Shown here: piece after piece, positions 33,304 to 37,477 of the stretch
Position numbering within the stretch: the first letter of the stretch is position 1
Layout: each line of letters starts with the position of its first letter
NCBI GenBank assembly: GCA_018267535.1
Contig: JAFDYH010000021.1
Location: 1 to 37,477 of the forward strand
DNA: 37,477 nucleotides
Source: Bacteroidota bacterium
Lineage (GTDB): Bacteria > Bacteroidota > Bacteroidia > Chitinophagales > Chitinophagaceae
Reading direction: 5' to 3'
The notes under the pieces: generated by a model
Seen by the model: only the letters and a program-made list of their open reading frames with translations
The model's database searches: none
Told to the model about the DNA's origin: nothing
Translations under genes and position numbers: made by a program

Positions 33304-34566
33304 TCATAATTCAGTACTCATTTTTTTCCTGTCAAATTCTTTCTCATTATTCGCTATCCACACAGTTGCCACGCCATTACCTATTACATTCGTTATCGCT
33401 CTTGCTTCAGACATAAACCGGTCGACACCTAATAATAAGGTCAACCCTTCTACGGGAATAACCTTAATGGCTGTTAATGTTGATGCAAGTACTACAAACC
33501 CGCTTCCGGTGACACCGGCGGCCCCTTTGGAGGTCAGCATCAGGATGCCAATAATACTGAGTATTTGTCCAAAAGCAAGATGTATATGAAATACCTGCGC
33601 CAGGAAAATCATACACATGGATAAGTAAATCGTTGTCCCATCAAGATTAAATGAATAGCCTGTTGGTATCACGAGCCCAACAACTGATTTTGAACATCCC
33701 ATCCGTTCCAGTTTTTCCATCATAGAAGGTAATGCCGGTTCAGAAGAAGATGTTCCGAGTACAATGAGTAACTCTTCTTTGATGAAACGTAAAAATTTAA
33801 AAATGCTGATTTTGTACATCCGGAGAATAAGTCCTAGTACAACAAAAATGAAAATAGCCATTGTGGTATAAACCGTTCCCATCAATTTAGCAAGCGGTAA
33901 CAGGGTAGCTATGCCATATTTGCTGATTGTATAGGCCATGCCCCCGAATGCTCCAATTGGTGCCAGGTACATTATTGCGTGCAAAGCCTTGAATACATAT
34001 GTTGAAATTGTTTTTAAAGCAGAAACAATTTTTTCCCGATGCAGATAATTGCTTAAAGCAATACCGAGTATAAGGGCTACCAGCAAAACCTGCAGCGTTG
34101 AATTTTCTAAAAAGAAATGTAACCAACTGAAAGCTTTGCTACTTTCTTTGTATTTGGAAATATCACCTGTTTTTACAGCAGTTGTGTCTATTCCACTGCC
34201 GGGTTGAATAAACATGGCAACAATAACGCCTACAATCAAAGCGAATGTTGTTACCACTTCAAAATATAGTAAAGCTTTGGCGCCTACCCGTCCGACTTTT
34301 TTCAAATCACCCATGCCGATAATGCCCAGTGTGATGGTGAGAAAAATAATGGGATTGATAAATAATTTAACTGTGCTGATAAAAATGCCGGATAAAAATT
34401 CACTTAGAGTAGTGCCAACCGTTAGTTCCTGTCCGAGGAATTTTGTTTTGAAAGGATTCGCCAACACTTTTTGCAATGCAAACTCAGGAGCAAAATGACC
34501 GATTAAAATGCCAGCTGTAATAGCAAGCAGGACCCAGAAAGTTAGATTGGTGAAAAGTTTTTTCAT
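33304..34566 (-). CDS. dicarboxylate/amino acid:cation symporter (DAACS family, DctA/GltP-like)
   Basis: The protein is a multi-TM transporter with GTSSSE.ALP, a PTGYSFNLDGT-type block and DRFMSEARAITN-type motifs. I preferred the ATG at 34566 (MKKLFTNL) over the ORF-track start at 34605. Confidence 0.88.
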   Translation of the reverse strand: MKKLFTNLTFWVLLAITAGILIGHFAPEFALQKVLANPFKTKFLGQELTVGTTLSEFLSGIFISTVKLFINPIIFLTITLGIIGMGDLKKVGRVGAKALLYFEVVTTFALIVGVIVAMFIQPGSGIDTTAVKTGDISKYKESSKAFSWLHFFLENSTLQVLLVALILGIALSNYLHREKIVSALKTISTYVFKALHAIMYLAPIGAFGGMAYTISKYGIATLLPLAKLMGTVYTTMAIFIFVVLGLILRMYKISIFKFLRFIKEELLIVLGTSSSEPALPSMMEKLERMGCSKSVVGLVIPTGYSFNLDGTTIYLSMCMIFLAQVFHIHLAFGQILSIIGILMLTSKGAAGVTGSGFVVLASTLTAIKVIPVEGLTLLLGVDRFMSEARAITNVIGNGVATVWIANNEKEFDRKKMSTEL

Positions 34567-34674
34567 CAGGCAATAATAATCCCACAAAGAACACAAAATA
34601 CACAAAGAAAGGTTGATAAGAATCTAAAAGCTTTGCGTACTTAGGTCCTTCATAAGGAAACCTTTTCCGGACGG

Positions 34675-35226
34675 TTAAAACTTCACCCCGACACTCATCC
34701 CGGCTGCAAACACGAAGCCCTGGCCTACATCGGCTCCGTCTGTTGATATATTAGAAATATAGCCTGCCGATACCGCAGGCGTAATAAAAACCATATCATT
34801 GATCAAAAACATATAGCCTGCCTCAGCGGCCGGATGGGCAGTCCATGTTTTGGATGTTCCTTTTAGTAATGCGTCTTCCCAGTCAATTTTTAATCTCCAA
34901 ACATCAGCACGGAGTCCTATGAAGAACTGATGCGGACGAAATGGGAAATAATAACGGTAGCCAATACCTCCACCCGGGCCATTTCCATTTTCAATAGCAT
35001 GTGCATTGCCCCAATCTTTACGGCGCAGAATATTATAACCGGCCCGTATCTGGAAACCGCTATGTATTGCCGCATTAAAGGCAAGATGTGCCATTCCGGT
35101 ATAGCCTCCTGATGATTGCCATTGTGCTTCGGCACCAAAGTCGGTAGTTGTATATCCGATATCCTGTGCTTTAACGGATAACCCAGTCACAAATAAAGTA
35201 GCCAGTAAACTGATTTTTTTAAGCAT
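34675..35226 (-). CDS. small outer-membrane beta-barrel protein (hypothetical)
   Basis: A signal peptide (LSVKAQD) is followed by alternating hydrophobic beta-strand periodicity, ending in ..SVGVKF with an aromatic C-terminus. Confidence 0.55.
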   Translation of the reverse strand: MLKKISLLATLFVTGLSVKAQDIGYTTTDFGAEAQWQSSGGYTGMAHLAFNAAIHSGFQIRAGYNILRRKDWGNAHAIENGNGPGGGIGYRYYFPFRPHQFFIGLRADVWRLKIDWEDALLKGTSKTWTAHPAAEAGYMFLINDMVFITPAVSAGYISNISTDGADVGQGFVFAAGMSVGVKF

Positions 35227-35328
35227 AATCCTTATTTAATGTATTTACGAAAACGGCTAATCAACGAGATGGGATCATTCAGCAATACATAGGGTTTTGC
35301 AGGTTGTTCGGATATTCAGAAGGAGTTA

Positions 35329-35358
35329 AAAAAGCGTTCCGGCAAGGGAGCGCTTTTT
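35329..35358 (-). terminator. Rho-independent terminator downstream of the PorP/SprF gene
   Basis: aaaaagcgttcc (35329-35340) pairs with gggagcgcttttt (35346-35358) with one G:T wobble. A-runs and T-runs lie on both flanks. Confidence 0.7.
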
Positions 35359-35376
35359 ATATCTGGCAAGCAATCA

Positions 35377-36396
35377 TCAGAATTTTGGACAGTTTAATTT
35401 CTTTGCATTCGGGTCAGTAGGCTTCTTGATATAGATGAGTGATATTTCTGCCCCTCCCCGCATATTTGATCCGGGTTTCAGGCTGGATATATTTACATCG
35501 TAGGTTGCGCCAATATGAAACTCGCCAAACTCAAGCCCTACATAAGGAATTATAGCATCACCAAAGCGATACCAGCTTCCTATATAAATGTTGGTTGGGT
35601 TATCTTCACTATCATTCACATTCAGCGCATAGGCGCCACCGACTGTTGTGTTGGTGGCATTCGCCTGGCGACTGTAATTGGCACTCATGTGAACATAATT
35701 GTTGGCACCCACACGAACTTTTCCACCAGCCTGTAAAGTCAACCTTGTACTTAAATTGAAATACTGTTTATCCTGGAAACTTTCTTTCGGCCGGTTGATA
35801 TGATACATGGAAGCGCCGACATAGAAATTATTATACCCGTTCGTTGAACCATTATACAAAATGCCGGCATTCATATCAAAATAAGAAACACTCACTTTTT
35901 GACCCGGAAAAACTTCGCTGGTAGCGCCTGTAAAACCTGATGGTGTCAACTGGTCTTCGAAAGTCACTTTGGTAACATCTAAACGCTTTCCCACATACGC
36001 ACCCTGAAAACCTATCCCTAACTGGTGAAAGCCATCTTCATCCAGTGCTTTATGATAAGCAAGCGACATAGCGAAAGCATTATTCTTTAAAACGCCATTA
36101 CCTGCGTCATCAGCAAAACCAAGAAAACCAATACCGAACTGGTCAAATTCAGGAATACTGTTTTTCAGAATTCCCATATCGAAAGAGGCTGTATAAGTTC
36201 TGAAAGCATTATTGATCGTAGGCCATTGGTTGCGGTAGTTACCTGCTACACGGTATACCCCGTCGAATTTACCGGTTAAAGCAGGGTTTAGCGTAAGTGG
36301 TGATGCAAAGAATTGCGAAAAATTAGGATCCTGCGCAACTGCACATAACCCAAGCGACAGGCAAATACTCAATGTACAGATTAGTTTCTTCATCAT
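35377..36396 (-). CDS. PorP/SprF family type IX secretion system membrane protein
   Basis: A signal peptide precedes AQDPNFSQFFASPLTLNPALTGKFDGVYRVAGNYRNQW, the hallmark N-terminal block of PorP/SprF. The remainder is beta-barrel-like. Confidence 0.8.
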   Translation of the reverse strand: MMKKLICTLSICLSLGLCAVAQDPNFSQFFASPLTLNPALTGKFDGVYRVAGNYRNQWPTINNAFRTYTASFDMGILKNSIPEFDQFGIGFLGFADDAGNGVLKNNAFAMSLAYHKALDEDGFHQLGIGFQGAYVGKRLDVTKVTFEDQLTPSGFTGATSEVFPGQKVSVSYFDMNAGILYNGSTNGYNNFYVGASMYHINRPKESFQDKQYFNLSTRLTLQAGGKVRVGANNYVHMSANYSRQANATNTTVGGAYALNVNDSEDNPTNIYIGSWYRFGDAIIPYVGLEFGEFHIGATYDVNISSLKPGSNMRGGAEISLIYIKKPTDPNAKKLNCPKF

Positions 36397-36458
36397 TTAT
36401 ACGGTGGATGTCCAAAATACAAAAAATATATAGACTTCTGAAAATAAATGATAGCTGC

Positions 36459-37109
36459 TTAGCTCTGCATTTTTGACCCAAAAGCGAGGTCACCGGCATC
36501 GCCCAGTCCCGGAACAATATAGCCTTTGGCTGTTAGCTCATCATCAATACCCCCGCACCATATTATTACAGACGGCTCCTCTCTTTTTACATATTCTATG
36601 CCAACGGTACAGGCGATGGCACAAACTATATGAATTTCTCGTGGATTCCCTTCATCCTTAAGGTATTGGATGGTTTTTACTAAGGAAGACCCCGTAGCCA
36701 GCATAGGATCTGAAATGATAACGATCCGGTCTTCCAGGTCGGGGCAGGAAACATAATCAAGGCTGATCTCAAAAGTACCATCTTTATGGTGTTTTCGATA
36801 GGCTGAAATAAAGGCATTATCGGCTTTGTCAAAATAGTTAAGCATTCCCTGGTGCATAGGCAGGCCAGCCCTCAGAATAGTAGCCAGTACCGGTTGGGTT
36901 TTCAGGATTTTCGAAATAGCCGTGCCCAGCGGCGTTTCAATCTCCTTGTCCTCATATTCCATCCCTTTACTGATTTCGTAGGAAATAGCTTCAGCTATTC
37001 TTTCCAGGTTTCTGCGAAATCGCATCCGGTCGTTCTGGATTTCTATATTGCGTAGTTCCGCAACCCAATTGCTGACCAATGATCGCTTTTCGCTCAGGTT
37101 GATGACCAT
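36459..37109 (-). CDS. upp: uracil phosphoribosyltransferase
   Basis: The PRPP-binding loop VIISDPMLATGSS and the C-terminal YIVPGLGDAGDLAFG motif are present. Confidence 0.9.
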   Translation of the reverse strand: MVINLSEKRSLVSNWVAELRNIEIQNDRMRFRRNLERIAEAISYEISKGMEYEDKEIETPLGTAISKILKTQPVLATILRAGLPMHQGMLNYFDKADNAFISAYRKHHKDGTFEISLDYVSCPDLEDRIVIISDPMLATGSSLVKTIQYLKDEGNPREIHIVCAIACTVGIEYVKREEPSVIIWCGGIDDELTAKGYIVPGLGDAGDLAFGSKMQS

Positions 37110-37357
37110 ATATATTGATTCTAAGTGTTTCTGAAAAGGATGATGAGTATAAGAGCAATTTAATTATATGCTCTGATTGTTTTGGTTTTGCGTAAAGATA
37201 TTTATGCCTGTGATTTTTTTTAGTCGGATATGTTATTGTTGCTTGCCTGGTGTTCTTAACGCACTTTGCCCGGAATAATTTAGCCGCTAAAGACAGTATC
37301 CATTCACTACATTTGGCAAAACTAAAATCTGGAATCTATAATCAGAAATAAAATCCT

Positions 37358-37477
37358 ATGGTTTATCGGGCTATTGGTATCATGAGTGGTAGTTCGCTGG
37401 ATGGGTTGGACATCGTTTTTACAGAGTTGCATGAAAATGCAGGCAAATGGAGTTATGAAATTCTCAATGAGGATTGT
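37358..37477 (+). CDS. anmK: anhydro-N-acetylmuramic acid kinase (3' end outside window)
   Basis: This ORF is not in the ORF track because it has no stop inside the window. The ATG at 37358 gives MVYRAIGIMSGSSLDGLDIVFTELHENAGKWSYEILNEDC. GxMSGxSxDGxD is the AnmK N-terminal signature. Confidence 0.75.
   Translation, partial: MVYRAIGIMSGSSLDGLDIVFTELHENAGKWSYEILNEDC

Noticed and set aside
1-37477. Window-wide look for CRISPR arrays, tandem repeats, rRNA or tRNA genes, transposases, integrases, toxin-antitoxin pairs and classic defence genes.
   Set aside because: I recognised none. The only convincing repeat structures are the 26-bp inverted repeat around the four-helix-bundle ORF, the short hairpin motif shared by argB and argF', and the terminator hairpins.

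Overview
This is a chromosomal, mostly housekeeping segment of an AT-rich Bacteroidota genome. The gene content (gldJ, porV, a PorP/SprF paralog, bshA, an ArgF'-type arginine operon) suggests a gliding Chitinophagia/Sphingobacteriia-like organism; that placement is inference from gene content only. I support 36 protein-coding genes, two of them truncated by the window edges. I saw no rRNA, tRNA, CRISPR array, transposase, integrase or phage genes, so this does not look like a mobile island.

Layout:
- 1-2424 (+): GH29 fucosidase and a Zn-dependent alcohol dehydrogenase.
- 2626-9949 (+): four exported proteins of unknown function. They are a PSCyt/DUF1549/DUF1553 lipoprotein, a Tat-exported DUF1501 protein, a Tat-exported beta-propeller resembling peptidyl-alpha-hydroxyglycine lyase (PAL), and a membrane-anchored CxxCH/LRR/discoidin protein.
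- 9952-13632 (-): DUF983, a small membrane protein, murF and gldJ.
- 14077-21400: porV, ispF, dut, a DUF4292 lipoprotein, an M23 peptidase, bshA (-) and an M28 peptidase.
- 21461-30271 (-): a nine-gene arginine operon in the order GNAT, argG, argC, [four-helix-bundle ORF], argD, argF', argB, argE-like, argH.
- 30578-37477: miscellaneous housekeeping genes.

Best candidates for something undescribed:
1. The four-gene extracytoplasmic DUF1549/DUF1553-DUF1501-PAL-like-CxxCH module.
2. An ORF of the '23S rRNA intervening-sequence protein' family, tightly bracketed by a 26-bp inverted repeat and filling the argC-argD spacer exactly.
3. Two related GC-rich hairpin motifs that appear to be in-frame insertions (both encoding SPSG) in the adjacent argB and argF' genes.
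4. A GC-rich structured leader upstream of the arg operon, with a cluster of four Arg codons that runs into a strong hairpin.

All functional calls rest on my reading of the translated ORFs and on motifs recalled from memory. No database search was run.
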